A stretch of DNA of 64,000 bases from Magallana gigas (Eukaryota). Where the stretch lies: NCBI RefSeq assembly GCF_963853765.1, contig NC_088855.1, forward strand, positions 11,966,001 to 12,030,000, written 5' to 3'. The position numbers and the translations under genes were made by a program. The notes under the pieces are model-generated. The model did not search any database. It was given only the letters and a program-made list of their open reading frames with translations, and was not told the DNA's origin. Shown here piece by piece: positions 51,601-64,000 of the stretch. Every line of letters starts with the position of its first letter. Position 1 is the stretch's first letter.

Positions 51601-54600
51601 CTTCATTCGGCTGTCACAAAATTCGTGGCAAATAGGACGGGAAATTTGGGGAAATTTTTCTCTGATTTGTTCGATGAACTTATTAGTGAAAAAAACAAGT
51701 TAGTTGAACAGAAAAGTGGCCAAAGAAATAGTGATGTATGTGTGTTGTGTTTTATGATTAGGAGTCGTCCGAGCGATCCGGATTGTGGCCGTGTACGAGT
51801 CGCCGATAAACCCTTCACTACTGATTTCTTGACACCTTTATTACCTTCTTGAACAGAAGAACGGAGATATTGTGCAGTATGAGTTATATCGCCATAAAAA
51901 CGCAATATTGCAGAACAATGTGTATTGTAGGATCGGAGGGTCGGGATAAACTATTTTCACGTGATTAGCATTGCGCAATCGTCCGTAAAAATAAAGAAAT
52001 TCCAATTGGCTTATGTGGTCTTTTTGGAATTTGCAAAATATTGCAAACTATTAAATCAAAATTATCAATCGGGGACTCATAGTCGGATACTACAAGTGAT
52101 AAGGAAATAATTCAAAAGTTACGAATAATCAATTCCCATTTTATCAATTTTGTAGATTACATGTATTAAAAAAAACAATCTACAGAAAATTTTAAACATA
52201 GTCCATTTTTTTTTTGTTCTAGAAAATATATATTTCTTGAAAAGGCATGGATTTTGTTGATATGTTCTGGTCCTTAATACATTTTTCAATTTTTTTATAA
52301 TGTAGGTATATAGGTACATGTAGCTATTTACAATAAAGTACATGTAAAAGTAGGCAAAATTCCCTGTAAATTATATACCATAAACTCTCTATGTCTTAAT
52401 GACAATTGATTTACCTGCGATATCATGCTATATTCTTATTTCCCCGGCTGATTGCAATAAACCTTACATAAAGACCGTATGGAGTAGACACAAATAGGAA
52501 TGATAGGAAATTATAGGAATATGTTAGCATATTCTGTTATTGGTACACAGATGTAGTTTTTTTGACTTCAACTAAGTGTTGCAACAAAATGTTTTTCCTT
52601 ATTAATCCAGAAGAAATGGGCATTTTTCTATATGAAGAATTCTGTGATAGACTCCAAGACTAAGTTTGGCAAAAATGATAGCCATTTCTGTGAGTCAGCA
52701 AATATTTGTTCCTAGTGAATAAGAAATTAGGGGGAATTTTTGTCCGTTATTTATACCTCGGTCACTTTTGTTTCTGCTGACCAAATTGTTGTCAAACACA
52801 CAATGAAATGTCTAGAGCTTAGAAAGCACATGTTTTGTCCACCTGAATGATTAATTGTGTCGCAATGTCGTAATGCAGACGACCAACAATAATGGTTTAC
52901 ATACGGCTTCTTTGAGGTTATGAATGTAGTGATGTCATTTCGGTTATCACCCGGTGATGGTTTCTTCTAAGTAGTTATCACTATCTTCCATTGCTATGAA
53001 TCCGTCTCCTATTTTTCTTTTCCATTACCCAATTCACTTATCAAAATAATATTCATAAATTTTTCATGACCTGGTTCGTAAGAATACGTTATGAATATAG
53101 ATGTGACCTATATGATGCCGAGTAGTTTGCAAACATATTTAATGGTATGATAGAGATATGAACGATTTTCAGGAAATTAAATAACACAAAAGACAGAAAA
53201 GCATATAGTTACGATGAGGGCTTTTTAAAAGAAGTGTTTTAAAAAAAACTTGCTGTAATTTAGCATGCACGTTTAAATGTTTCATCAAAACAATAATTCA
53301 AAAACAAGATCTAAACATAAAAAATTAATCATCTTGGATACAGCACTTAACGACATTTTGGTGAATTTTGATTAATTGTAGTGTGTTATTGTGAGAGTTT
53401 ATATTAAAAACTGAAGTTAAACATGATTGATTGCTCTTTATTTGAAACAATAATTGATATTTCAACAGGCAAACATTTGTTAGCACTACTGCCTATAAAT
53501 CAGGTGTTTGGGTCTTGACAAACGTTCCTTACTTTCAGGCGATTCCATTTTAAAGGTGTTTTCACCTCATTTTTTTTCTTCTAAAAACATCGTATTTTTT
53601 ATGTAATTCACGTTGCCATGTTTCCATACCTAATTTAAGAGAAGAGAATAATTTTCGTTTACGTTGCGTTCGCAAGAAAAAACCCAACTCGCAACAGTTT
53701 ATGAATGAGAATACATTTATGTTAATATCATTAATAAAAAAAACACCTACCTTAAAGTCTTTATAAGCGTATTCCTTAAAAGTAAATCCTTAGAAAAGTT
53801 TCTACAACAAATTCGGTGCAAAAAACTTTTGGTTTGTCGTGGGTAGAGTTAATATTCCTTATATCATCATGCCGGCACTGGTCCTAGCGAGTCCACTGCA
53901 TGCCAAGAGAGCCCCTAAACGGTAGTAGTGTCGTCTGCCCAGTGCGCTACAGGTAGAGCTAGCATTTGCCTGTGATCCTCCTAAACGCATTTGTCATCAC
54001 ACCTGTCAAATGAGTTGGGAAGAGGACATGTCTTGTCTAATTTTATACCTCTTCAAAACCTGATCGCTGTTTTTAGTGGTCAGACTTTGAAGATCTAATA
54101 AAATTTGCAAAATCGCTCATTTTTTGCTTTGTGTTCAGCTTAATTTTATGTCATATTGATGCATGTTTTAAAATTGTCTGATCACGTTCGATTTCATTTG
54201 ACATTGAATAAATTTACTAGGCAAAAAAAAGAACATTCCGCAATTATTTTTGCTCGTGTTTTCCAAAAATTTTTGTGGAAAACCTTTGTTTTGTTAAATG
54301 ATTAACGGTTTTTCGATATTCAGGAATGGTCTCTTCAATTTTGCCAGAGAGAGAGAGAGAGGGGGGGGAGAGAGAGAGGGGGGAGAGAGAGAGAGGGGGG
54401 AAGGGTAGGGGCGCGTGCGTTCGTGCATATATATATACATTTGTGTGTTAATTTGCGTTAGTTTGTCTTACAAATCGAACACTCACAAATTCACAAATTC
54501 TATTTATTGGTGGAAGTAACAAACTATGTGGTTTTTTTGTAAATTGAAATTGAATATACACGAAAAAAAAAAATTCACTACTATACTATTAAAATGATAA

Positions 54601-57600
54601 AATTTCATTTACGTTAATATACATATTTTGATTACATGGCCCCAGCTTCATATTTTCTGGCAAACATATTATTGAGAAATATGTATTTTAATTTATTTAC
54701 ACAAGCATCTAGACTTTGTCTGGACAGGCCGGTTGAGAACATGTTTTGATTTTTACAAAACAAAATATATTAAAGATATTGAGTTTTACTGAAGTTTCTC
54801 ATATCCTCGGCAAATGTTACTCTTAATCATAAAAAAACAATAATTTATTTGAATCAAATATAATTTAGCTTTTCATTTAGAAGTTGGAAAGAGTTATTTA
54901 TTATTTCAGTGTGGACATCAAGCATGTATAAGTTTTTATTTTCAATTTCTTGACAATGCTAACTTTTTATTCTATATATTTAACTTTGAATTCAAAATAA
55001 ACCTGAATACATTGTTTTTGATATGAAAACAACCAAGAAAGACATTTTCATTCTATTTTAATAAAACATGTATATAAATAGCTAGAAAAAATGCGTGGAT
55101 CTATTTCTTTGTTTTGCAAGCAATGTCGAGACTTTCTAAATTTATCAAACATTGGTAACATATCTACCCTGAGTGACACTGGATTTACAACAGGGTCAGT
55201 CTATGTACAGGTGATGTACAGGTGATGTTGGGCAGGTCGTATCGATGTGTACACACAGGTATACACCTGTCTCTACTTGATCAGCCGGGAGGTTCATCCA
55301 GTAATGAACGCAATATGCATGTAACAAAGAAGAAAGAAAACCTGTAAATACGCACTAGGAAATGAAAAAGGTCTTGTCACGGTCCTTGTACAACAAAGGA
55401 CGAGCCCGGAACCCGGGATGATATATATCCATGTTGAAATGAATGTTTCAACATTGTTATTTTTCCAATTCTGAATTTTTTCTCATTTTTTGGGCTTACT
55501 TGGAAATGTTTTCATGCAAGACGTGAAAGATTTTCTTTATTTTGCTTGTCTTAAATTCTTCCTTGGATAAGGTTCTATATACATTTACCGTAGCTCTTTT
55601 TTTTTTTACAATGACTCGACTGAAGTTATTAGAATAAATAAATAAAGAATAAATCGACTGAATGAAAGTTGCTTCATCATGACCATGCATTACCTATTAA
55701 TTGACATATCAATCTGGCATACGTAGATCTGTGCTTGCATCTTGTTTCTAGATACTATTTTACAATATAATAGTGTACACATTTTGAAATATACCCTGAA
55801 AATTCAGACATTGCAGAAGGAAAAGGTTCGAAACATTTGTAAACCAATACGCAGAGAAGTGCATTTTCCTGTTTGACATAAATCGAAGGAACAATTTACA
55901 GAAAATCGTTAAGCTAAAGAATTTCGATATAGAAATGTTTAAATAGGATTTACAATGACGGAATGGAATATCGGTTTTAAATTATATAAACCATTTTTTA
56001 TTTAATATTTAATTAAAAGATCCCATTTTGGCAAAAAAAAAACCAAACAAAAAAAAAACAAAACAAAAAAACAAAACATATGTTCATGCACAAGGTTTGG
56101 ATATATTTCCAGAAAATTTTGTCTTTGCGTAAACATTGAACTACAGCTTTTGAGAAATATAAATTGTCTTTTTCCATGAGCATTACTATCACAACAATTA
56201 TTATTGGATACCGATATCTCTCGTTCATGTAACTATGAACCACTTCGCTCTATATAATGAAATAGGTCTACATCCAGTACAATGTAACAATGCTAATAAT
56301 GTAAAAAGTATTCAAAAACAAAGCACAAGATCATTGATACCTCTTCTTTGGTCCGTTTGGTTATTTGCACAGACGGAATATATCAAATGGATTTGATTTT
56401 ATACGGGTCCGAGGCAGAAAAACATGAATGTATTCTTTTTTTCAAGTTAAAATAAAATTGCCCTTCAGTCTTGTGTCCGATATTTTATTCATTAGAGTCA
56501 GACATCTTAGACAGGTACGATGAATTATTATTTACATAAAACTAGCTCTATGTATATTGTTGGAAAAACATGGAAAGAGTTTCTATGTATACATGTATCC
56601 CTCGGAACATGAAGAACATGAACGAATCCCACCAATACTTTCTTACTCTATGTATCTCAATACTGAAAAAAAATGAATAAGCCTGTATGTGTAAATTACC
56701 CTGGTAATTATAAGCGTGCTGCCTTCTAAAACTTTACATAGAAATGCCTATCGATATCAATATAAACTATGGAATTATTCAGGAGAAATTCCTGATTAAA
56801 ACTGTTTTCCTGTGGTGCAATGTCTATGCATTTTGAGAATTAAAGTCCTCTGCGTGTCTATCAAAATTTCATTATCAATTATGACACATTAGATGTCCGG
56901 GGTCGAAGTGAATAAATACACTCCGTGTTTGGGGTCAAAAATGAATACTATTTACAGAAAGTGTGACTGACAGTCATTGACTCTTAAAATGTAATTAATG
57001 AATTCATTGTTGAATACACCTCATTAAACGATGTGTCATAATGATACTGAACGAAAGAACTAGAAAAGACGCACTTATTTTCATCAAATTTTTATTAAAA
57101 TAAATATAGATTAATAATGTTATATTGTAAGGTATTCATCTATGTAAGTCATTTACATCAATTTAATATAAAATTAAAATATCATAGTTAGTATTGCCGC
57201 AAAATCAAGTTTCATAATCTTTGAGAATTTAAAGTCCTAGGACAGGGGTGCACACATAATCCACGGAACCTGAGACAACACAAATACATGTATATATTAC
57301 ATATTTATCCATTTCAAAAAAAAATTATCAATTTTATGAATATTGAAATTTGGGGAATAGTGTGACATTACTTTTGGATCAACCTTAGTATTTCTTTTTT
57401 TCTTTGCAATATATAAGATCAAAATCATTGAATTGTTGTAATTGTGTTTATATTTCAAATGTCGGTCGAATATCATAAATCATTACCGACACAAATATCA
57501 TAAAAAAAATTATTAACATCAAGATTGAGCTATAAAATGTAATTTGTATTTCCCTCGCTTGAGGAAATTGATTTACAATGTGTGTATATACTGTATTTTT

Positions 57601-59148
57601 GGTTTGTCTTTAATTCATATGCATACATGTATCATGAATGATAGTATAGTCTAAAGAGGTTTTCAATCTGGTAGTTGGTCAAAGTTGGTAAAAAAAATAT
57701 TCTAAAACTCCTGTTATTTTTTTTAAAAAGTAACTATAAAATAAAATGAATACTATTTAACTCCGAAGCAATTCTGTAAAAAAAAAAAAAAAAGTTATTA
57801 ATTTTCATCTCTTCAAAAATATATTCTGTACGGTCAACAGTTCATGAACTGAGACTGATAAATTGTTAAAAAGTTTTTTCGTTAATTGTTTATAATTTTT
57901 CCAAATGATTTTTCCGGAAAAAAAGTGGTGTCAACTTTTTATGTTCTTGATTGATTCTGTGGTTAGTTGTTTGCAACGGCGTGCGCAGTTCTGAATGTGT
58001 AGTCGTCAGACATCACTGCCATGCAAGAACAATATAGATTATACGGAATAAACATTTTTCTCAGAAGACGCACGTTAATGAATTTGATTAATGAAATGTA
58101 ACGCCCGCAATGATGAACTTGGAGTAATTCTGACAGTTTCGATCATTAAAGTTTGATTATGACTTTGATTGACAGACGGAATTGATTTACTGCTAACAAT
58201 AGATTCTAGATAAGATGATAAAAAATACGACTCTTCATCTGCATATTATCATGAACTACGTAATCGCGAGAAAGTTCCAACATAAAAAGAGTATTTTGAG
58301 AGTATTTTATAAGAAATTCATGTACATGTAACGTACAGATACTTCCTTTTTTAAGAAATGTTGTTTTGTGTGCTAGATAGTTTTTAACAAAATTCGGAGA
58401 GATATTTGTACATTCATTTTTTATATATTAAGATTATTTTGACAAATTAAAATAAATTTCAGTCACTTAAAGAAAGGAGGATGTATGATGATGTTAAGTA
58501 TCGTTTTACCTCCACAAATCTTTCCTTTTCACATTGTAAATTTTTATTCATGTGTTAAACATAATGAAAGCAGTAAAATAGAAATAATATCGATGTCTAA
58601 AACTCAGAAAAGATATACATGTAGTTTTCAAAAACATATAATCCACAATTAACGAATAAATATTATTTCTTACATAAATATACGTTTGCATAGCATGTAA
58701 ATGTACAATTACACGTTACCTGGCTGTACGATTTAGAAGCATATCAAATTAAGTTTAATGATTGTTTGCATTTCGATTCTCATTTTATTTCATTGCAAGC
58801 TATCTTGCTAAAACATCCATTGCAATGATTATTGCGCTGTTGAAGAAAATGTTGTTTGCGTTACCACAATGTGATAAATAGTGATTACCATTATCCAAAC
58901 ACTTGAATGGAATTTTCCATCGTCTTTACTCAATCTTACCAACAATCATACTTGACTTATAGTTTTTTTTATTGTAAAGCTGCATGCGTGTAGCAAGTTA
59001 CATCATTAGTAAGGAGACCAACTTTAATTTTTATAGCACATGTTTTTGCGCATTCTAAAAAATAAAGGTGATCCCTAAAAAAGAACCAGATTGTCTATTT
59101 TCTTGAAACTTCGCTAATTAACCAGAGTTGGTGTAGATTAGAATTTTG

Positions 59149-62100
59149 CTAATGTAGTTTTTCCGCAAAAAACGCCACAAACAATCGGCATCCTTAATTT
59201 GAAGCCATAACGTACGCAAACTCTGGTAAACAAAGTAAGGACCAAATGAAGAGAATGAAACAGACTTAAAAAACCTCTGGGTTTACCGGTAAGGGACGTC
59301 CTTTTGTATTAAGGTTCATACACCCTCTGCTACAAAACATACATTTTTTTAATGATCTTCAAATGTACATTTCATAAAGCACTATACTAGTACCCTGTGA
59401 TATAGTTTGATATATGAATGCCACGTGGTTCTCAAATGAATTGTAGCTGAACTACTAAAAACAACCAATTGAAATATTCATAAACTTAACTTGAACGCTG
59501 TAGAATGAGTTGGATATTGTAGGTTCATGCGTTCCTTAAGACAAAAGCATCAGGGAAATGTTTTCTTTGTTCTCGCGGGGAATGTTTCTCGAACGGTGAT
59601 TGGGCAGTTTTGTTGCATTTATACATTGTTTTTGCTAACTCATCCAAAGTGAACGTGCAAGCATCTGCATTTGCACACAAGCCACCACGTGATTGGTCGT
59701 ATCAATAACAATAAAGTGTTTGTTGCCAAATAGGTTCATCATTAACATTATCAATTATTTTAAAAATTACGTAACAGACACTATCTAGGTTCAAGTTCAG
59801 TTTATTCACTCAAACTAAATAATTTGGTAAAAGAGGAACATATTATATACAGAATAAACATAAATACAAATCGTCAGAGATATACATACTAATATAATAG
59901 TCAAATTCCCCTTGTACCCAATACCACGCGTACGGTGTACGTTTTGTTAAAACCTACTTCTGTCGGTATTTACCGTAGCTTGGTTTGTCAGTAAATTCGT
60001 TTTGAAATATAATTTGACCAAAAGATAAAAATTTCATTGAGTTGCAAATGCAAAAGTGTTTTTATATATCAAATGAATTATTTTCCTGGACGTTAATTCA
60101 ATATTTTACATTCATGTTTTGACACTTTAATGCAGTTGATACTTCATATTTTCCGCTTATTGAGTTGGTAGCACCCTCTTTCCAACTATATCTAAAAGTA
60201 GAAAAATCGAAGGATAAGTATTTGCCATTGAGTTTTTTTTTACCGAGTGAGTGAAATATTTTCAATATTAAATCATAAAAAAAAATAAAGCAATCATGCA
60301 TATTCAAAAGAATTTGGAATTATGAATTTTTAGTGAATAGGCAAGTCCCAACAATGTTGGTGCGACATTTTGGTCCAAGAGAAATGCTTATGAACATGCT
60401 AAACGATAGTACAACGATTTCGCTAATTACATCGACACAAAATTGTGGTTTTGTCAATATTTTCAACATGCCTTTTTCAACATGTCTCACTGTTAAATTA
60501 TTCTTGGCTGACTGGCTAATATAAAAATTCCATGACCTAGTAACATCATTGAAGTAAACATTCATAAGATTCATAAAAAATGAAGTATTTTACTAATGTA
60601 GTTTCCCCCCCCCCAAACCCCCCCCCCCCCCCAAACAATCGGCCTCCTTAATTTGAAGCCATAACGTAAACTCTGGTAAACAAAGTAAGGACCAAATAAA
60701 GGGAATAAGACAGACTTAAATGACAGCGATCAAGACTATCATACTTCCTTTCCCAACCACCACCTCTGGGTTTACCGGTAAGGGACTTCCTTTTGTATTA
60801 AGGTTCATACACCCTCTGCAACAAAACATACATTTTTTTTAATGATCTTCCAATGTACATTTCATAAAGCACTATACTAGTACCCTGTGATATAGTTTGA
60901 TATAAGAATGCTGCGTGCGGTTCTCAAATGAATTGTAGTTGAACTACTAAAACAACCAGTTGAAATATTGATCAACTTAACTTGAACGCCGTAGAATGAG
61001 TTGGATATTGTAGGTTCATGCGTTCTTTAAGACAAAAGTATCGGGGAAATGTTTCTTTGAACTCGCGCGGTGATTGGACAATTTTGTTGCATTTATACAG
61101 TGTTTTTGCCAACTCATCCATAGTGAACGTGCATGCATGCTGCATTTGCACATACGTCACCGCGTGATTGGTCGTATCAATAACAATAAAGTGTTTGTTG
61201 CCAAATAGGTTCATCGTTAACATGATCAATAGTTTTAAAAATTACGTAACAGAGACTATCTAGGTTCAAGTTCAGTTTATTTACTCAAACCAAATGATTT
61301 GGTACATGAGGAACTTATATACAGAATAAACATAGATACAAATAGGCATACATAATTTAGTCAAACAGGAAAAAGGTATTAAAAATGGACGTATAATAGA
61401 ATTTATATAAATATGACACTTTTGTATAAAGGATCAGACCAAAATATTTTTTCGTTCAAAAGCAAGGTGGAAAAACCACTTCTTTTAAAAGCAATTCAGA
61501 TACACAATGATAAAAAATTAAGTTCGAATTATTTTCAAGCAAATTCGACTGGAGCTATAAAAAGTTGTTTAACATTTTAGTTTCACGAAAAGATTACTGA
61601 ATACAACATTTTCACAACAGATGTAAACGGGTTTTTATGTTTGTTAACTGTAAGCAAGTACAATGTACATATGTATTCCCAATTAAGTTTCAAGAAAAGC
61701 ATTCGCGTTTTGGGATCAGTTTATGCTGTGTCGTGTTATACACGAAGAAGGCGAGTAAAATGCTCAAAAGAGTATAATATAAAAATATTATAATGAAATG
61801 AATAATGAATGTATTATTTAACCAAATTAATGATGTTTTGACACTATAATGCAGTTGTGACTTCATATTTTCCGCTTATTGAGTTGGTAGCACCCCCTTT
61901 CCAACTATATCTAAAAGGAGAAAAATCGAAGGATAAGTATTTGCCATTGGGTTTTTTTTACCGAGTGAGTGAAATATTTTCAATATTAAATTATACAAAA
62001 AATAAAGCAATCATATTCAAAAGAATTTGGAATTATGAATTTTTAGTTAATAGAGAAGTCCCAACAATGTTGGTGCGACATTTTGGTCCAAGAGAAATGC

Positions 62101-62272
62101 TTATGAACATGATAAACAATAGTAAAACGATTTCGATAATTACATCGACACAAAATTGTGGTTTTGTCAATATTTTAAACATGCCTTTTTCAACATGTCT
62201 CATTGTTAAATTATTCTTGGCTGACTGGCTAATATAAAAATTCCATGACCTAGTAACATCATTGAAGTAAAC
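59149..62272. repeat. Local direct duplication: 59149-59899 ~ 60593-61365 and 60114-60560 ~ 61833-62272
   Basis: Long near-identical stretches read directly, e.g. CTCTGGTAAACAAAGTAAGGACC and CAACAATGTTGGTGCGACATTTTGGTCC each occur twice. Confidence 0.9.
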
Positions 62273-62638
62273 AAGCTAAAATACATTTACAGAAAATATT
62301 TCTTAAAACGCCCTACAATGCAATTTTCGACATTGCATCATCTAGCTGAAGACTTTACTCGTGTCATTTAATAAAATGTGAAGCATTTATTACCAGCAAT
62401 ATGCATCGATCGATTGACCAAAAAAATGTAAAAAAGAGTGTAAAATATTGAATCAACATCCAGGAAAATAATTCATTTGATATATAAAAACACCTTGCAA
62501 CTCAAGGAAGTTTTTATCTTTTGGTCAAATTATATTTCAAAACGAATTTACTGACAAACCAAGCTACGGTAAATACCGACAGAAGTAGGTTTTAACAAAA
62601 CGTACACCGTGGTATTGGGTACTAGGGGAATTTGACTA
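59900..62638. mobile_element. Non-autonomous long-TIR element with TAG...CTA ends (Academ-like), rearranged
   Basis: ~200-bp inverted repeat, 59900-60110 versus 62439-62638, starting TAGTCAAATTCCCC. No matching TSD found. Confidence 0.6.
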
Positions 62639-64000
62639 GTCGGTGTATGATTAGAAATTAGGTCATGGTTCGGCAAGCCTTGTCAAACTTGAAATTCAAA
62701 CCTGGTGAGTCTAGACTATCTAGGCAGGAGTAAAAACTAGATATGTATTCTAAAATGGGTTTTTTGAATTCAAATCAAACTACGATACACGAAAAATGTT
62801 TAAAAAAAAAACAATATAGCACATTTTTGGAAAGGGCTTACATAGGCTTTGCCTTTTACACAATCCATCTGATTTCTCAATAACATATGTTTTTAAATTT
62901 AAAACAAAATACAATATAGCAAAATACCTGATAAAGTGTACTTTTAATGATGCTTGAGAAAAGGAAGAATGTATTTTATGAGTCGAAATCTGTTCTTTTT
63001 ATGGTATAAATCAATTCCTGACACGTTAAATTGTACATGAACAGGAAACAGATATGGCATGAAATGATATAGATAACTTGATATCGATATAAAGTGCGTC
63101 AAGGGTTTATCCTAATGAAGGCGTTTTAGTTTATTTACTCTCATTAGTTCATAAATCACCAAATCGGCTGATTAATGATGTACTTTTAAAATAGTTTTAC
63201 CATAACCTCTTGTAATTTATGACAGTTTGTCAGTATTGTATGTACGGGTTGATTCCTGACCACCATGAGCTGAATTCAAATTAAAATGGTTGCTAAGTTC
63301 CTTGTACTTAAAATCACGGACTCAACTTTCATTCTACACTGAATTGTGGAATTTTGATTTAAAAAAACCTTCACGTTATAGTATATGCACTTATGATAAA
63401 GTCTTTCGAATTTCTGTTGTTGCGTATAATATCCCAATTAATTATGATCATATCTATCATATTAACGTAATTTCAATCATTAACATCATTAAACCTGCCT
63501 GGTGCAAATTGCGGTTTCACCAACGGCACAACAGTCAATAAAAATATTCCACCAATCAACGAGGTATTCAATAATTTATAACACGTTCCCTTCTTAAATT
63601 ATGAATATTTGTGTCATGAAAATTAAAACTGCATGAATTGGAATTTGCAACAATTAGCACATTGATCGCGCGGACTCTAGAATTATCTGATAACGAGTAA
63701 ATTTTATGCAATTAAATAAAAGGAAAAATGCATTTTGACTTAGTATGCACGTCTAATCAAGATATCGTATCGCAATTATACAAAGAAAAAAAAATGAGAA
63801 TTTAAGATGAAATAAGTTATAGACATCAATTACCAAATATGCACCACTGCAACCCACATAAAGAATTATCTGCAAGTTAATTGGAAAAGAAACCGGTATT
63901 TTTATGTACCTAAAATCGCTGATTTACAAAGTTATAATTAACTGCTATACCACCAGATCAAGAACAGCTAAATGGCAAACTGCAATGATCACCTCTTTAA

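Noticed and set aside
48000-59000. Scattered 60-105-aa ORFs in the distal intergenic region
   Set aside because: Low-complexity AT-rich translations with no motifs or exon chains. Treated as non-coding.
60333-62237. Duplicated ORFs 60333-60524 and 61857-62237 as a small gene family
   Set aside because: They share sequence because of the local duplication. Their starts differ and they have no domain or splice support.

Overview
AT-rich, intron-containing eukaryotic DNA, most likely oyster (Crassostrea/Magallana; inferred from gene families and repeats, not from a database search). It has two N-gaps (12626-12766, 14710-14873). I could splice four host genes by hand into open frames: tyrosinase 1 (- strand, 898-5082, 909 aa, with a poly-Gln/Met-rich insert and a C-terminal chitin-binding type-2 motif), apolipoprotein D-like 1 (+, 7600-8963), apolipoprotein D-like 2 (+, 37806-39030) and tyrosinase 2 (-, 44089-47640). 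Between the two ApoD paralogs lies an 18.4-kb nested transposon stack, and each level has readable ends and target-site duplications (TSDs). An interspersed repeat is split at GACCGGTC by a non-autonomous Ginger1-like element (10383-28775, TGT...ACA, CCGG TSD). That element contains a Zator element (14663-28234, GGCC ends, TTA TSD, DD43E transposase of about 1,124 codons). The Zator ORF is split by an AcademHP element (15288-23674, TAG...CTA, 9-bp TSD, RecQ-like helicase plus PHD-containing transposase), which carries a TA-flanked MITE (17925-18141). The rest of the window holds MITEs, a decayed LINE, a perfect 107-bp palindrome and a rearranged long-TIR element at 59.1-62.6 kb. There is no evidence for rRNA, intact tRNA or CRISPR.
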